DNA of 64,000 bases from Candidatus Buchananbacteria bacterium (GCA_013359225.1 JABWCG010000001.1:432916-496915), one strand, 5' to 3'. Shown: positions 37,286 to 47,789, numbered from the stretch's first letter. Numbers and translations are program-made. Notes: generated by a model from the letters alone, not told the origin.

Positions 37286-38866
37286 TTATTGTCTTTTTAG
37301 CCTCAAAGAACGCTGATAAGTAATGGCAAAACGGTGAGCCTCATCTCTAATGCGTTGCAATAATTTTAAGGCCGATGAACGCTTTGAAAGACGAATCGGA
37401 TATTTACTCTTCAGGGTGTAAATTTCTTCCTCTTTTTTTGCTAAAGCAATAAGCGGTATTTGATCCAAACCCAATGCCGACAACGACTGACGTGCGGCCG
37501 AAAGTTGGGGTTTGCCGCCGTCAACCATAATTAAATCCGGCAGTTGTTCCTGCTGCTTGGTAATTCGGTAATACCGACGATACACCACCTCCTTCATAGC
37601 GTCAAAATCCGATTGTCCCTGAAAAGTTTTTATTTTAAACCGCCGATAATTATCCTTGTCTGGTTTGCCCTGATCAAACCGAACCATTGAAGCAACAACA
37701 TCAGACGGCCCTAAATTAGAAATATCAAACGCTTCAATTATTCTTGGCGAACTCGTTAGCCCGAGAACGTTCTGCAATTCAAACAAATTGGCCTCGCCTG
37801 TCTGCAAATTTATTTCAATATTTTTTTTAACTAACTCCAAGAGCTTTAGCTTGTCTCCTTTTTGGGGAACAATGATCTTAAGCCGATGTCCTGCTAGGTT
37901 AGAAAAATACTGCTCTAAAATATTTTGATCAGCAAGCTGAATCGGCAGAATAATTTCTTGCGGGATATCTTGTGTATAGTAATATTGGGAAAGAAAATCA
38001 GCCAGGTTTACTGCCGGTTCTGTGCTTAAAGGAGTTTGAAATGTAAACTCTTTACGGCCGGAAATAATTCCTTTATTAATATTAAATAATTGAACAACTA
38101 ATTTGTTCGGCGTCTGAATATAGTTTATAACATCCTGATCATAGTTACGGCGCAGTTCAATTTTTTGTTTTTGAGCAATGTTCTCCAGAGCCATAATCTG
38201 ATCACGTCTAATTTTAGCTTGCTCAAAATTATTCTGAGCGGCATACTCATGCATTTCCGATTGTAATTTTTTAATCAACTCTTCATTTTGACCTTTTAAA
38301 AGCAGTCGCACTCGGTCAACTCGCTGTCGGTATTCAATCTGGCTAATTTCCTCAGACCACGGCGAGGTTGCCAATTTAATCCGTCCTCGTTGAATCTCTT
38401 TCTTGGTCATCCGTTTATTGACTCTCATTTTGAATAATCGATTTGCGATTCTCACTAACTCTTGCCGAGCCTGGCCGGAAGCATAGGGACCGTAGACTTC
38501 ATCACTATTTTTAAAGGATCGTACGGCGACTAGTCTGGGGTATTCTTCATTGGTTATCAGCAGATGGGCATAGCGCTTTCCAGCTTTTAACTCAATGTTA
38601 TATTTTGGCTGGTGCTTATTAATCAATCGGGCTTCTAACAAAAATGCTTCAAGTTCGTTATCAGTAATAAAAAAATCAACGTCACTTATTTTTTTCACCA
38701 GCTCGACAGTTTTAGAATCTAAATCATATTTATGAAAATAACTCTTAACCCGTTTACTGATATTTTTTGCTTTGCCAATATAAATAATTCTCCCGTTTTT
38801 ATCCTTAAAGATATAACAACCGGGATTTTGTGGTGAATCTTTAATTTTTTGCTTTAAATTAGACAT
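37286..38866 (-). CDS. uvrC: Excinuclease ABC subunit C; start taken at MSNLKQKIK, 18 codons inside the track ORF
   Basis: The GIY-YIG domain (GCYIFKDKNGRIIYIGKAKNISKRV) is present. UvrBC-interaction, RNaseH-like and HhH domains are present. Confidence 0.9.
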   Translation of the reverse strand: MSNLKQKIKDSPQNPGCYIFKDKNGRIIYIGKAKNISKRVKSYFHKYDLDSKTVELVKKISDVDFFITDNELEAFLLEARLINKHQPKYNIELKAGKRYAHLLITNEEYPRLVAVRSFKNSDEVYGPYASGQARQELVRIANRLFKMRVNKRMTKKEIQRGRIKLATSPWSEEISQIEYRQRVDRVRLLLKGQNEELIKKLQSEMHEYAAQNNFEQAKIRRDQIMALENIAQKQKIELRRNYDQDVINYIQTPNKLVVQLFNINKGIISGRKEFTFQTPLSTEPAVNLADFLSQYYYTQDIPQEIILPIQLADQNILEQYFSNLAGHRLKIIVPQKGDKLKLLELVKKNIEINLQTGEANLFELQNVLGLTSSPRIIEAFDISNLGPSDVVASMVRFDQGKPDKDNYRRFKIKTFQGQSDFDAMKEVVYRRYYRITKQQEQLPDLIMVDGGKPQLSAARQSLSALGLDQIPLIALAKKEEEIYTLKSKYPIRLSKRSSALKLLQRIRDEAHRFAITYQRSLRLKRQ

Positions 38867-38871
38867 TTTCG

Positions 38872-38900
38872 TTGACAATAATATAGTACCATGATATAGT
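38872..38900 (+). promoter_or_regulatory. Candidate promoter for gene 38946-39308 (TTGACA, 17-nt spacer, TATAGT)
   Basis: Consensus -35 with optimal spacing. A GGAG Shine-Dalgarno lies 8 nt before the ATG. Confidence 0.4.
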
Positions 38901-38945
38901 TCATTTTTCATGGTTTTCACTCATCTGGCAACTTGGAGAATATAG

Positions 38946-39308
38946 ATGCCTCCACAGACAAAGACCAACAGCATACCATGGTCGACCTTTAACAAAAACA
39001 ATTACCGAGGGCAGCTGCTTGTCTGGCACGAAGACAACCATCAGTTCTCGGGAACAATCAGCGAAATCAACGTTAGGCCCGGTCACGGCATTGAAGTTTC
39101 TCTCAAAGAAATTGAGGTCAGAGAAAAAATCGATGACCCCTGGAGAGATTCGTCCTGTCCGGTCCGATCAATCCATTTTAATGCCAGTCGTGAACCGATC
39201 AACGACGAACTCGGCGTTTCAATCGGACACGGCGGCAACAACACCGCAACAATCATTCCTGTTCGCAATCGCGACGATCTGCAAAAGGTGCTTTTGCAAC
39301 AACAGTGA
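38946..39308 (+). CDS. Hypothetical small protein (120 aa), elevated GC, divergently placed between uvrC and uvrA
   Basis: It has its own promoter and Shine-Dalgarno. GC is about 50%. It was preferred over the overlapping alternative-frame ORF 39019-39354. Confidence 0.45.
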   Translation: MPPQTKTNSIPWSTFNKNNYRGQLLVWHEDNHQFSGTISEINVRPGHGIEVSLKEIEVREKIDDPWRDSSCPVRSIHFNASREPINDELGVSIGHGGNNTATIIPVRNRDDLQKVLLQQQ

Positions 39309-39345
39309 TTTTCTCATGGCAGTTTCCAACAACTGCCTTATTTTT

Positions 39346-42171
39346 TTATCCTAAAACTTTTTTTAAATACTTACCGGTATAACTCCACTTAGCACACTTC
39401 GCAATTTTTTCCGGCGTACCCTCGGCCACAATTCTACCGCCCCGATCACCGCCTTCCGGACCTAAATCAATAATCCAATCGGCTGATTTAATGACATCCA
39501 AATTATGTTCAATAACCAAAACGCTATTCCCTTTATCAACCAATCTGTTTAAGACTCCAAGCAGTCGGGCAACATCGTCAAAATGAAGCCCGGTTGTTGG
39601 CTCGTCAAGAATATATAGCGTATTTCCACCCTTGCGCGACAATTCAGAAGTTAGCTTAATTCGCTGAGCTTCACCCCCGGAAAGCGTAGTGGCACTCTGC
39701 CCAAGGGCAATATATCCCAAACCAACGTCATAAAGAGTTTGTAGTTTATTTTTGATAGCCGTGACATTCTTAAAAAACTCCAACGCTTCTTCAACGGTCA
39801 TATTAAGCACTTGCGAAATATTTTTGTCTTTATATTTCACTTCAAGTGTTTCATGATTATAACGTGTTCCTTTACATTGCTCACATTCAACATAAACATC
39901 CGGCAAAAAATGCATTTCGATTTTTTTTACACCGTCTCCTTCGCATTCCTCGCACCGACCGCCGCTGACATTAAAACTAAACCGCCCCGGCTTATAGCCC
40001 CTCAACCTTGCCTCGGGAGTCTGGGCAAATAAATCACGAATTAACGTAAAAACTCCAATGTATGTCACGGGATTACTGCGTGGCGTCCGACCAATTGGCG
40101 ACTGATCGACAATAATAGCTTTGTCTAAATTGCCATACCCTTTCAATGCCTTATGTTTTCCCGGCTTATCCGTGCTGGCCCAAAATATTTTATACAGTGC
40201 TTTGTACAAAATATCGTTAATTAAACTACTTTTGCCGGAACCAGACACCCCGGTGACACAAGTAAACACTTTCAACGGAATTTTAACATCGATGTTCTTC
40301 AAATTATTCTGAGCGGCGCCGATAATTTCAAGGTAATCAAACGCCCGACGCCGTTTATCGGGAACTTCAATCTTCTTTTCACCCGTCAGATACTGGCCCG
40401 TGATTGATTTTTTGCTCTTTTTGATCTGCTCTGGAGTCCCGGCAAAGGTTATCTCGCCGCCATGAATTCCTGCCCCCGGACCCAAATCAATAACATAGTC
40501 GGCTGCTAAAATAGTGTCTTCATCGTGTTCAACAACAATCACCGTATTGCCAAGGTCTTTAAGATGACGCAGCGTTTTAATAAGCTTCTCATTATCACGC
40601 TGGTGCAAACCGATTGACGGCTCATCAAGAATATATAAAACTCCTCGCAATTCAGAACCAATTTGAGTGGCCAATCTGATTCGTTGAGCTTCTCCCCCGG
40701 AAAGTGTTCTTGCTTCACGTGACAGAGTCAGATAATCAAGCCCGACGTCAACCAAAAACTGCAGCCGATTTTTAATTTCCTGTAAAATCAACTTGGCAAT
40801 TTCTGATTGCTCTTTATTGAGCTTTAGGCTAGCAAAAAAATCAACCAGCTTGCCGATTGAAACCTGCCCGACATCCCAAATGTTCTGATCATTTATAGTA
40901 ACTGCTAAAGTTTCAGGCTTTAACCGCTTACCTTGACACGATTGGCAATTGCCAATTCGCATATACTTTTCCATTTCTCGACGACGATATTCAGAATCAG
41001 TCTGTTTATAAAGCCGCTCAATCTGAGGAATAATACCTTCAAACTCACCAATCCAACTGTAGCTTGATCCTTTTTTGCTTGACGTCAGATGAAAATCAAT
41101 GTCTTCAGTTGAACCATATAAAATAATATTTTGAATTTTTTCCGGCAAATCTTTGAATGGTGTCCATAAATCAAATTTATAGTGTTCAGCCAGGCCTTCT
41201 AAAAGTTGCTGCCGCCAGCCTTCACCATAAGTCTGCCACGGCTTAACCGCCCCTTCGGCCAGCGACAAGCTGGAGTTTGGTATTACCAGATCCCGATCAA
41301 CCTGCTGCAAAAAACCTAACCCATGGCATTGAGGGCAGGCACCAAATGGCGAATTAAAAGAAAACATTCTTGGCTGTAATTCTTCAATTGAAATACCGCA
41401 ATCAAGACACGCATTATGCTGAGAAAACAATCGTTCAGTGTCGCCAATGATCACTAGGACTAGGCCGTCCGCTTCAGAAAGCGCAACCTCAATCGAATCA
41501 GTTAAACGGTTAGCTACTCCTTTTTTAATAATCAGGCGATCAACAATTAATTCAATGGCATGCTTGGTCTGTTTATTAAGCTTGAAATCTTCCCAGTCAT
41601 CAAGATCTTTTACCTCACCATTAATTCTAATTCGACTAAAACCTTTTTGTTGCAAATCAGAAAATAACTTTTCGTATGTTCCTTTTTTGCCCCTGATAAT
41701 CGGCGCTAGAATTTGAATTTTTGAGCCCGCTTTCTCTTTTTGAATTATTTCACTAATAATCTCTGCTGACTGAGGCGTAATTAATTTGCCGCAGTTCGGA
41801 CAATGCGGCACACCCACTCTGGCATACAAGAGACGAAGGTAATCATAAATTTCAGTGATCGTACCGACGGTTGACCGAGGATTTTTTGAAATTGATTTTT
41901 GCTCAATTGAGATTGCCGGCGACAAACCGGTAATTTTATCAACGTCCGGTTTATTCATTAACCCTAAAAATTGTCGAGCATAAGCCGACAAACTCTCAAC
42001 ATACCGCCGCTGACCTTCGGCGTACAACGTATCAAAAGCTAATGTTGATTTACCAGAACCAGACAAACCGGTGATAACCGTCAACTGGTCAATCGGAATT
42101 TCAGCATTAATATTCTTTAAGTTATGCTCTCGAGCACCCTTAATTACAATTTTTTCAGCATTTTTAGACAT
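39346..42171 (-). CDS. uvrA: Excinuclease ABC subunit A
   Basis: 941 aa with two ABC ATPase modules ([18 protein letters not shown]), zinc fingers and LSGGE signatures. Confidence 0.95.
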   Translation of the reverse strand: MSKNAEKIVIKGAREHNLKNINAEIPIDQLTVITGLSGSGKSTLAFDTLYAEGQRRYVESLSAYARQFLGLMNKPDVDKITGLSPAISIEQKSISKNPRSTVGTITEIYDYLRLLYARVGVPHCPNCGKLITPQSAEIISEIIQKEKAGSKIQILAPIIRGKKGTYEKLFSDLQQKGFSRIRINGEVKDLDDWEDFKLNKQTKHAIELIVDRLIIKKGVANRLTDSIEVALSEADGLVLVIIGDTERLFSQHNACLDCGISIEELQPRMFSFNSPFGACPQCHGLGFLQQVDRDLVIPNSSLSLAEGAVKPWQTYGEGWRQQLLEGLAEHYKFDLWTPFKDLPEKIQNIILYGSTEDIDFHLTSSKKGSSYSWIGEFEGIIPQIERLYKQTDSEYRRREMEKYMRIGNCQSCQGKRLKPETLAVTINDQNIWDVGQVSIGKLVDFFASLKLNKEQSEIAKLILQEIKNRLQFLVDVGLDYLTLSREARTLSGGEAQRIRLATQIGSELRGVLYILDEPSIGLHQRDNEKLIKTLRHLKDLGNTVIVVEHDEDTILAADYVIDLGPGAGIHGGEITFAGTPEQIKKSKKSITGQYLTGEKKIEVPDKRRRAFDYLEIIGAAQNNLKNIDVKIPLKVFTCVTGVSGSGKSSLINDILYKALYKIFWASTDKPGKHKALKGYGNLDKAIIVDQSPIGRTPRSNPVTYIGVFTLIRDLFAQTPEARLRGYKPGRFSFNVSGGRCEECEGDGVKKIEMHFLPDVYVECEQCKGTRYNHETLEVKYKDKNISQVLNMTVEEALEFFKNVTAIKNKLQTLYDVGLGYIALGQSATTLSGGEAQRIKLTSELSRKGGNTLYILDEPTTGLHFDDVARLLGVLNRLVDKGNSVLVIEHNLDVIKSADWIIDLGPEGGDRGGRIVAEGTPEKIAKCAKWSYTGKYLKKVLG

Positions 42172-42186
42172 AATTTAACATTTTTA

Positions 42187-42215
42187 TTGACTTTTTATAA
42201 TAAATATGATATAAT
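42187..42215 (+). promoter_or_regulatory. Near-consensus sigma70 promoter (TTGACT, 17-nt spacer, TATAAT) for gene 42288-43169
   Basis: The hexamers are followed by the Shine-Dalgarno GGGAG and the ATG at 42288. Confidence 0.5.
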
Positions 42216-42287
42216 ATATAATCCCTTTACTACGTAGTATTGGGACCAGAGACTATCAAAAAGAAAAAGAAAACAGGGAGATAAGTC

Positions 42288-43169
42288 ATGAACTTCGTTC
42301 TTTTCAACATTGCGCTGGTATTGGTCGGGGCGGCAATCGCCGGACTTGAAGGTCGGTTGTCACACCGCCAACTTGGGTCGAAATCAATCCCTTGGCTTGC
42401 TCACGGCGGGATGTGGGCCGACTTGGTACTAATCAGTACCATGGCGTATTTCATTGGTCCGCAACTCTCCGACGTTTCGCCGCGCATGTTCGTCTTCGCC
42501 GGGGTAGTTGGGATACTGGCAAGTATTGTAATGCACTTAGCATACGTCCAGTGGGCCGACCTGTCTGGTCATATTGTCGAGCCGAGCAACCAAGGCTTGA
42601 ACAAATTGACCGCTGGCGGCTGGTACCACTTGGCGTATATGGCGTTAGTCATTACCGCCATCGTCGCCTACTATGCCGGTACGAGCGCAAACAAGTTTTG
42701 GGTGTCACTACTACTAGTGGCATTCATCATTCCCGCTGTCTGGCAGCCAGGGTGGTACGCTCACAAGCTTCACCACGGCTACGGTCGCATCGACGCCAAT
42801 GGCTGGGGTCAGGCGGCTGTAATGGTCATCTTGATTAGTATCTCGTTTTGGTACTTCACTCCCTACGACTTCAAAGTTGAGGTGGTGGGCACCAGCGAGC
42901 CAACGATCCAGTTGACCGCCACGAAACTTCCATGGCAAGCAACACCCTTTGACGAACAAGGTCAGGCCATCATCCAGAGCTACACCGTTGTTCGTTTTTT
43001 CCAGAAAAACGAGGTTTGGCAGACGACTGGCGATCACCTATCAGCAAATGTCATTGCCTACCATCTTATTGGAAAAGACGACAACAGCCTACTACCACTC
43101 ACGACGACGATTCATATCGACAAAGTCGGCGGCGGCGAAATGCAGAACCTTGACATCAAATTGCCGTAA
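42288..43169 (+). CDS. Hypothetical integral membrane protein (293 aa, about 6 TM helices plus a C-terminal soluble domain); high GC (about 55%)
   Basis: A long intact ORF with a strong promoter, Shine-Dalgarno and terminator. Its composition is foreign to the neighbouring uvrA and uvrB. Confidence 0.6.
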   Translation: MNFVLFNIALVLVGAAIAGLEGRLSHRQLGSKSIPWLAHGGMWADLVLISTMAYFIGPQLSDVSPRMFVFAGVVGILASIVMHLAYVQWADLSGHIVEPSNQGLNKLTAGGWYHLAYMALVITAIVAYYAGTSANKFWVSLLLVAFIIPAVWQPGWYAHKLHHGYGRIDANGWGQAAVMVILISISFWYFTPYDFKVEVVGTSEPTIQLTATKLPWQATPFDEQGQAIIQSYTVVRFFQKNEVWQTTGDHLSANVIAYHLIGKDDNSLLPLTTTIHIDKVGGGEMQNLDIKLP

Positions 43170-43179
43170 GGCCTTCATC

Positions 43180-43226
43180 ACGACCCCCAACAGAAAAAAT
43201 TTCTGTTCCGGGGTCGTTATTTTTTT
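43180..43226. terminator. Bidirectional rho-independent terminator
   Basis: Stem ACGACCCC / GGGGTCGT enclosing an inner hairpin CAGAAA...TTTCTG. A T9 run lies downstream. Confidence 0.55.
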
Positions 43227-43238
43227 ATAAGGATCATT

Positions 43239-45173
43239 CTACAGTTTCTTTTTCAGCTTTTCAATTTTTTCTCGAAACATAATCGCTTTTTCAAATTCCA
43301 AATTTTCTGCCGCCGCTCTCATTTGGCCTTCCAAATCAATAATCATTTTATCCAACGTCAATTCCTTGCCTTTTTCTCCTGGCTCAATCACCACTTCTTC
43401 TTCGGCGATTGCTTTAATAATGCTGGTCGGGGTTATTCCGTGTTCTTTATTGTATGCCAACTGAATTACTCGCCGTCGATCAGTTTCCCGAATTGCTTCC
43501 TTGATTGAACCAGTTTGTCGGTCGGCATACATAATCACTTTTGAATTCACGTTCCGCGCCGCACGGCCGATGGTTTGGATAAGACTGGTGGTATTGCGCA
43601 AAAATCCCTCCTTATCAGCATCTAAGATTGCCACCAGAGCAACTTCCGGAATATCAAGCCCTTCTCGTAACAAGTTAATTCCGACCAGTACCTCATACTT
43701 TCCAATTCGCAGATCACGAATGATCTTTGTGCGCTCAAGCGTATCAATTTCCGAATGCAGATAAACCGCCTTGATCCCCTGATCAATAAAATACGTCGCC
43801 AGATCTTCAGCCATACGTTTAGTCAAAGTTGTCACCAATACCCGATGATCCTTGGCCACCACTGCTTGGATTTCATGCAATAAATCATCAACCTGGCCGG
43901 TTACCGGACGAACCTCAATGACTGGATCAATCAGGCCGGTTGGTCTGATAATTTGTTCAACCACATTTTTACTGTTCTCAAATTCATACTGACCGGGTGT
44001 TGCCGAAACAAAAATGGTTTTTTTGAGACGTTTTTCGAATTCTCCAAATTTTAACGGTCGGTTATCATACGCTGAAGGCAGACGAAAACCATAATCAACC
44101 AGATTCTTTTTTCGGGCCTTATCACCATGGTACATTCCTCCAACCTGCGGAATCGTCTGATGGCTTTCGTCAATGACCATCAGCCAATCTTTGGTAACAT
44201 AATTAAAGAAATCAACCAATGTGAAGGGCGGCTGTCCGGCCTTACGGCCGTCAAAATGCCGAGAATAATTTTCAATACCTTTACAATACCCTAGCTGTTC
44301 AATCATTTCCAAATCATAATTTGTCCGCTGATTTAATCGGTATGATTCAATAGTTTCTAATTGGGGCAAGCGTTCGGCCAATTCTTCCCTAATCGCCTTT
44401 AAGGCTTGGGGAATACGATCTTTAGGGACAACAAACGGCTTGGCGGGATAAATAAAAATATCGGACAAGGCATTGATTTTTTTACCCGACATTTTATCAA
44501 CATCCAAAATTTCTTCTATAATGTCGTCAAAAAACTTAATTCGGACGATATTACTATTGGCTGAACCCTGAACAATATCAACCGTATCGCCCCGAACTCG
44601 AAACCGGCCAGATCGTAATTCAGTGTCATTACGTTCGTATTGAATGTTAATCAGCGCTCGCTGGAAATCCTTTTTTTCTAATTTCTGCCCAACCGTCAGA
44701 TGAAAACTTTCGCCCTCAAAATCTTTAGCCTGGCCTAAGCCATAAATACAAGAAACTGAAGCGACCACTATAACATCTTCACGGGCCAAAAGTGATGTTG
44801 CCGCTTCCATACGCAAACGTTCAATCTGCTCATTAACGCTTGAATCTTTCTCGATATAGGTATCTGACGCCGGCAAATAGCTTTCCGGCTGGTAATAATC
44901 GTAATAGGAAACAAAATAACACACCTTATTTTTTGGAAAAAAGGTTTGGAACTCTTGATACAACTGAGCCGCTAACGTTTTATTATGAGATAATACTAAC
45001 GTCGGTTTTTGAATCTGTTGGATAACATTCGCAATCGTGAAAGTCTTACCGGAACCAGTCACGCCTAAAAGCGTCTGGTATGGATGTTTTTTATATCCTT
45101 CCACCAAACTCTTGATTGCCTTAGGTTGGTCGCCCCGCGGGGGGTATGGACTAAAAAGTTGGAACTTTGGCAT
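43239..45173 (-). CDS. uvrB: Excinuclease ABC subunit B
   Basis: 644 aa. The helicase motifs (GVTGSGKT, DESH) are present. The beta-hairpin region is present, and so is the C-terminal UVR domain. Confidence 0.95.
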   Translation of the reverse strand: MPKFQLFSPYPPRGDQPKAIKSLVEGYKKHPYQTLLGVTGSGKTFTIANVIQQIQKPTLVLSHNKTLAAQLYQEFQTFFPKNKVCYFVSYYDYYQPESYLPASDTYIEKDSSVNEQIERLRMEAATSLLAREDVIVVASVSCIYGLGQAKDFEGESFHLTVGQKLEKKDFQRALINIQYERNDTELRSGRFRVRGDTVDIVQGSANSNIVRIKFFDDIIEEILDVDKMSGKKINALSDIFIYPAKPFVVPKDRIPQALKAIREELAERLPQLETIESYRLNQRTNYDLEMIEQLGYCKGIENYSRHFDGRKAGQPPFTLVDFFNYVTKDWLMVIDESHQTIPQVGGMYHGDKARKKNLVDYGFRLPSAYDNRPLKFGEFEKRLKKTIFVSATPGQYEFENSKNVVEQIIRPTGLIDPVIEVRPVTGQVDDLLHEIQAVVAKDHRVLVTTLTKRMAEDLATYFIDQGIKAVYLHSEIDTLERTKIIRDLRIGKYEVLVGINLLREGLDIPEVALVAILDADKEGFLRNTTSLIQTIGRAARNVNSKVIMYADRQTGSIKEAIRETDRRRVIQLAYNKEHGITPTSIIKAIAEEEVVIEPGEKGKELTLDKMIIDLEGQMRAAAENLEFEKAIMFREKIEKLKKKL

Positions 45174-45274
45174 AGCAAGCGAAAGGGACCGGCAAGTCCC
45201 TTTAATAAAATTGTTTAATTTAACACATTAATCGTAACAATCTTAAGACAAAAAGTCAATCCTGCTTAGCGCCG

Positions 45275-46264
45275 TTACTTTTTCATTATTCCCTTATCAG
45301 CCGCTGGGGTTCGTTTTTTCTTATTTAGAATATAATTGTAAGCCGCTAATGCTGCCTTAACTCCATCACCGGCAGAAATGTTATTTTGTTTATATGGATC
45401 ATTCGTAACGTCGCCAGCGGCAAAAATGCCTGGTTCAGACGTGCTGGCATGGCGAGAATTAATCATAATTTGGGCGTACTTATCAAGTTTAACAATATCT
45501 CTAACCAGATCAGAGTTAGGCATTGAACCAATCTCCACAAAGATTCCTTCAACCTTTAGAGTCTGCTCCTGATCAGATTGGTCAAGATACTTTAAGCCGC
45601 TCACTAACGTATGGCCAAAAATTTGAATAATTTTGGCATTAAAAATCTTTATTACTTTTGGATTTCCGGAAATTTGATCTTGAGATACCGGATCGGCTTT
45701 TAGTTTATTTGTATTACTAATCAGGTAGATCTTGTCGGCATATGGCAAAAGGTCGATAACTGCCTCAACGCCGGCATTACCGCCGCCAATAACAGCGACT
45801 GCCTTGCCGTTAAACAGCGGCGCGTCACACGTTGAACAATATGAAACTCCTTTTCCGTTGAATTCTACTTCACCAGGCACATCCAGGCGACGTCGGCTCG
45901 CGCCCGATGCCACAATAACAGTTTTGGCGGTATACTGCTTCCTATCATCCACAGTAACCACAAAATCAAATGCTCGGACACTTTGCTTGTCGGAAACTGG
46001 CACCTTTTTTACTCCTACAGCTTTTCGACCCGTCTGCACATCAACCACATCGGGAAAATTTCGAGCATGGGCCTCTAACCGCTTACCAAGCTCAAAACCG
46101 GAAATATTTTTCTCGCCAATCCAGTTTTCAATCTGATCAGACACTACCGACTGCCCGCCAAATGAGTACGCCAAAAGTAACGTCTTCATCTTTTTTCGGG
46201 CTGCATACACCGCTGCAGCAACACCGCCCGGTCCACCGCCAATTATGATTACATCGTAAATCAT
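45275..46264 (-). CDS. trxB: Thioredoxin reductase-like FAD-dependent disulfide oxidoreductase
   Basis: 329 aa. The FAD motif GGGPGG is present. The redox-active CSTCDA is present, and an NAD(P) motif GGGNAG is present. Confidence 0.82.
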   Translation of the reverse strand: MIYDVIIIGGGPGGVAAAVYAARKKMKTLLLAYSFGGQSVVSDQIENWIGEKNISGFELGKRLEAHARNFPDVVDVQTGRKAVGVKKVPVSDKQSVRAFDFVVTVDDRKQYTAKTVIVASGASRRRLDVPGEVEFNGKGVSYCSTCDAPLFNGKAVAVIGGGNAGVEAVIDLLPYADKIYLISNTNKLKADPVSQDQISGNPKVIKIFNAKIIQIFGHTLVSGLKYLDQSDQEQTLKVEGIFVEIGSMPNSDLVRDIVKLDKYAQIMINSRHASTSEPGIFAAGDVTNDPYKQNNISAGDGVKAALAAYNYILNKKKRTPAADKGIMKK

Positions 46265-46271
46265 ATGAATG

Positions 46272-46784
46272 CTACCCTTCCAATAAATAGGCTAACCGTT
46301 CACCGAATTCCTTAGCAGCAGCGGGATCTTTAGCAGTAACAATCAGATCATCAACTTCAACCGGCATTCCGGTATAATCTGCTCCCCGATCTTTTAAATT
46401 TTCTTCTTCTGAGGGAAATGCCGTCACCGTTTTGCTAATTAAAATTCCGGCATTGGCCAAAATGGACGGGGCGATACAAATTGCGCCAATTAATTTTCTT
46501 TTAGCCCTAAAATCCCGCACCAATTGTAAAACTTCACCGTCATTGAAATAGGACACCGCTCCCGGACCACCAATAAAAACTGCCGCATCGAAATCTTGCG
46601 GCTTCACCTCAGCCACCGCCATGTCCGGAGTGATTTCCGTACCAAGTTTGCCAACTGCCCGGTTGCGGGTTTTGGCGGCTACTTTCGCTTCGAAGCCCCG
46701 ATTATCCAAAATCTTTTTAGGCTCAAGAAGCTCTTCGTCGCGAAAAGCATTTTGAGCGACAATAAATACTACTCTTTTTTTCAT
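46272..46784 (-). CDS. DJ-1/PfpI-family protein
   Basis: 170 aa. The nucleophile-elbow cysteine lies in the motif IGAICIAPSILA. Confidence 0.8.
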   Translation of the reverse strand: MKKRVVFIVAQNAFRDEELLEPKKILDNRGFEAKVAAKTRNRAVGKLGTEITPDMAVAEVKPQDFDAAVFIGGPGAVSYFNDGEVLQLVRDFRAKRKLIGAICIAPSILANAGILISKTVTAFPSEEENLKDRGADYTGMPVEVDDLIVTAKDPAAAKEFGERLAYLLEG

Positions 46785-46820
46785 ACATTTTTAGCAACTT
46801 ATTTATATATTAAATATAAC

Positions 46821-46860
46821 AAAAATCTGACCCGACTGAAAGGTTAGGGGTCAGATTTTC
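46821..46860. terminator. Terminator downstream of the pilin gene (bidirectional)
   Basis: A 10-bp stem AATCTGACCC / GGGTCAGATT with a 14-nt loop, flanked by an A-run and TTTT. Confidence 0.55.
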
Positions 46861-46876
46861 TCAAATTAATCTTAGA

Positions 46877-47348
46877 TTACCGGCTAACTTCAATGTCCTG
46901 ATCGCGTTCCGGATCGCAAGAACCAACCTGGATTCTACCTGTTGCAGTTTTTCTGATATAGTAATCGGTATTTCCGGCATCAGCACCAACCGAATCTCCC
47001 AAAGGGTCAATTGGAATTGAAGCAATATATTCGTCAACTATATCAGGGGCAAGATTTAGACAAGCGCCTGCTGTAGTTTGAGCGCCACAGGCCGCATCAC
47101 AACCAATGCCATCAGTGCCCAAAACATAATAAGTGCCAACTGTTGCGCTGGCAAGTGCGTTCGGCAATGTACCGGCGTTATCAACCGTATATTTCAAAAC
47201 AGCATTCAAGATTGAATTAACTGAACTCCAACGTTCAGCATTTCTGGCTTCGGCCAATCGGCGCGCCGGATCAACGGCGACAAAAATAATGGCGGCCAAA
47301 GATAACAATCAACAGTTCAATAAGGGTAAACCCTTGATTTTTTTTCAT
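46877..47348 (-). pseudogene. Type IV major pilin gene with an apparent frameshift between the prepilin leader/N-terminus and the body
   Basis: The ATG at about 47348 encodes MKKNQGFTLIELLIVI, then reaches a stop 9 codons later. The pilin body (LAAIIFVAVDPARRLAEARNAERW... two Cys pairs ...VSR) continues in the +1 frame from 47308. Removing one T from the TTT at about 47298-47300 restores a canonical pilin. The shift coincides with the boundary of a 99-bp repeat. Confidence 0.55.
47202..47300. repeat. 99-bp segment 100% identical to 47691-47789 (pilin conserved N-terminal body region); about 123 bp with 3 mismatches when extended
   Basis: Direct comparison of the two stretches. Flanking sequence on both sides is divergent. 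Confidence 0.85.
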
Positions 47349-47362
47349 AAGGCTCCTTTTAA

Positions 47363-47788
47363 TTATCGTGAGACACGGATAGTCGGGGTTTCGCTGTTGA
47401 CCTCTTCAGCACCACAGGCGCCAACAGTTACCCGGCCACTCGGACTCTTATAAATATAATAAAATGTTTTAGTCGCACCAGCTCCCGATTCGTTTGAATC
47501 GTAAGGAATCGAAGCTAGATAGGTATCAACTAATGGTGACAGATCAATTACCGCTGTGGTGGTTGTAGCAGTCCCGCCGCCGGCAGTTTCACAGTCAGTA
47601 GCGCTCGCGCCCGTTCCAATCATATAGGTCGTACCAGCCGTCAAATTAGCCGGGGGCGCACCAGCATTATCAACCGTATATTTCAAATAGGCATTCAAGA
47701 TTGAATTAACTGAACTCCAACGTTCAGCATTTCTGGCTTCGGCCAATCGGCGCGCCGGATCAACGGCGACAAAAATAATGGCGGCCAA
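47363..47788 (-). CDS. Second pilin copy lacking the prepilin leader and first TM residues (leaderless cassette); begins at TTG, body LAAIIFVAVDPARR...
   Basis: 141-aa ORF with an identical conserved 5' segment but a divergent C-terminal variable region containing a Cys pair. No ATG, leader or Shine-Dalgarno lies upstream; the upstream sequence is ...ATGAGCTTTTAA. Confidence 0.5.
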   Translation of the reverse strand: MAAIIFVAVDPARRLAEARNAERWSSVNSILNAYLKYTVDNAGAPPANLTAGTTYMIGTGASATDCETAGGGTATTTTAVIDLSPLVDTYLASIPYDSNESGAGATKTFYYIYKSPSGRVTVGACGAEEVNSETPTIRVSR

Positions 47789-47789
47789 A
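47691..47789. repeat. Copy 2 of the 99-bp perfect repeat (see 47202-47300)
   Basis: Identical to 47202-47300. Confidence 0.85.

Noticed and set aside
39019-39354. Alternative 111-aa ORF overlapping 38946-39308 in another frame
   Set aside because: It has no Shine-Dalgarno or promoter spacing. Its translation is Ser/Thr/low-complexity. The 38946 frame has GGAG plus ATG and promoter hexamers.
42392-43037. ORFs 42392-42838 (+) and 42714-43037 (-) inside the 42288-43169 gene
   Set aside because: Alternative frames of a GC-rich membrane gene. They have Arg-rich translations with no start signals.
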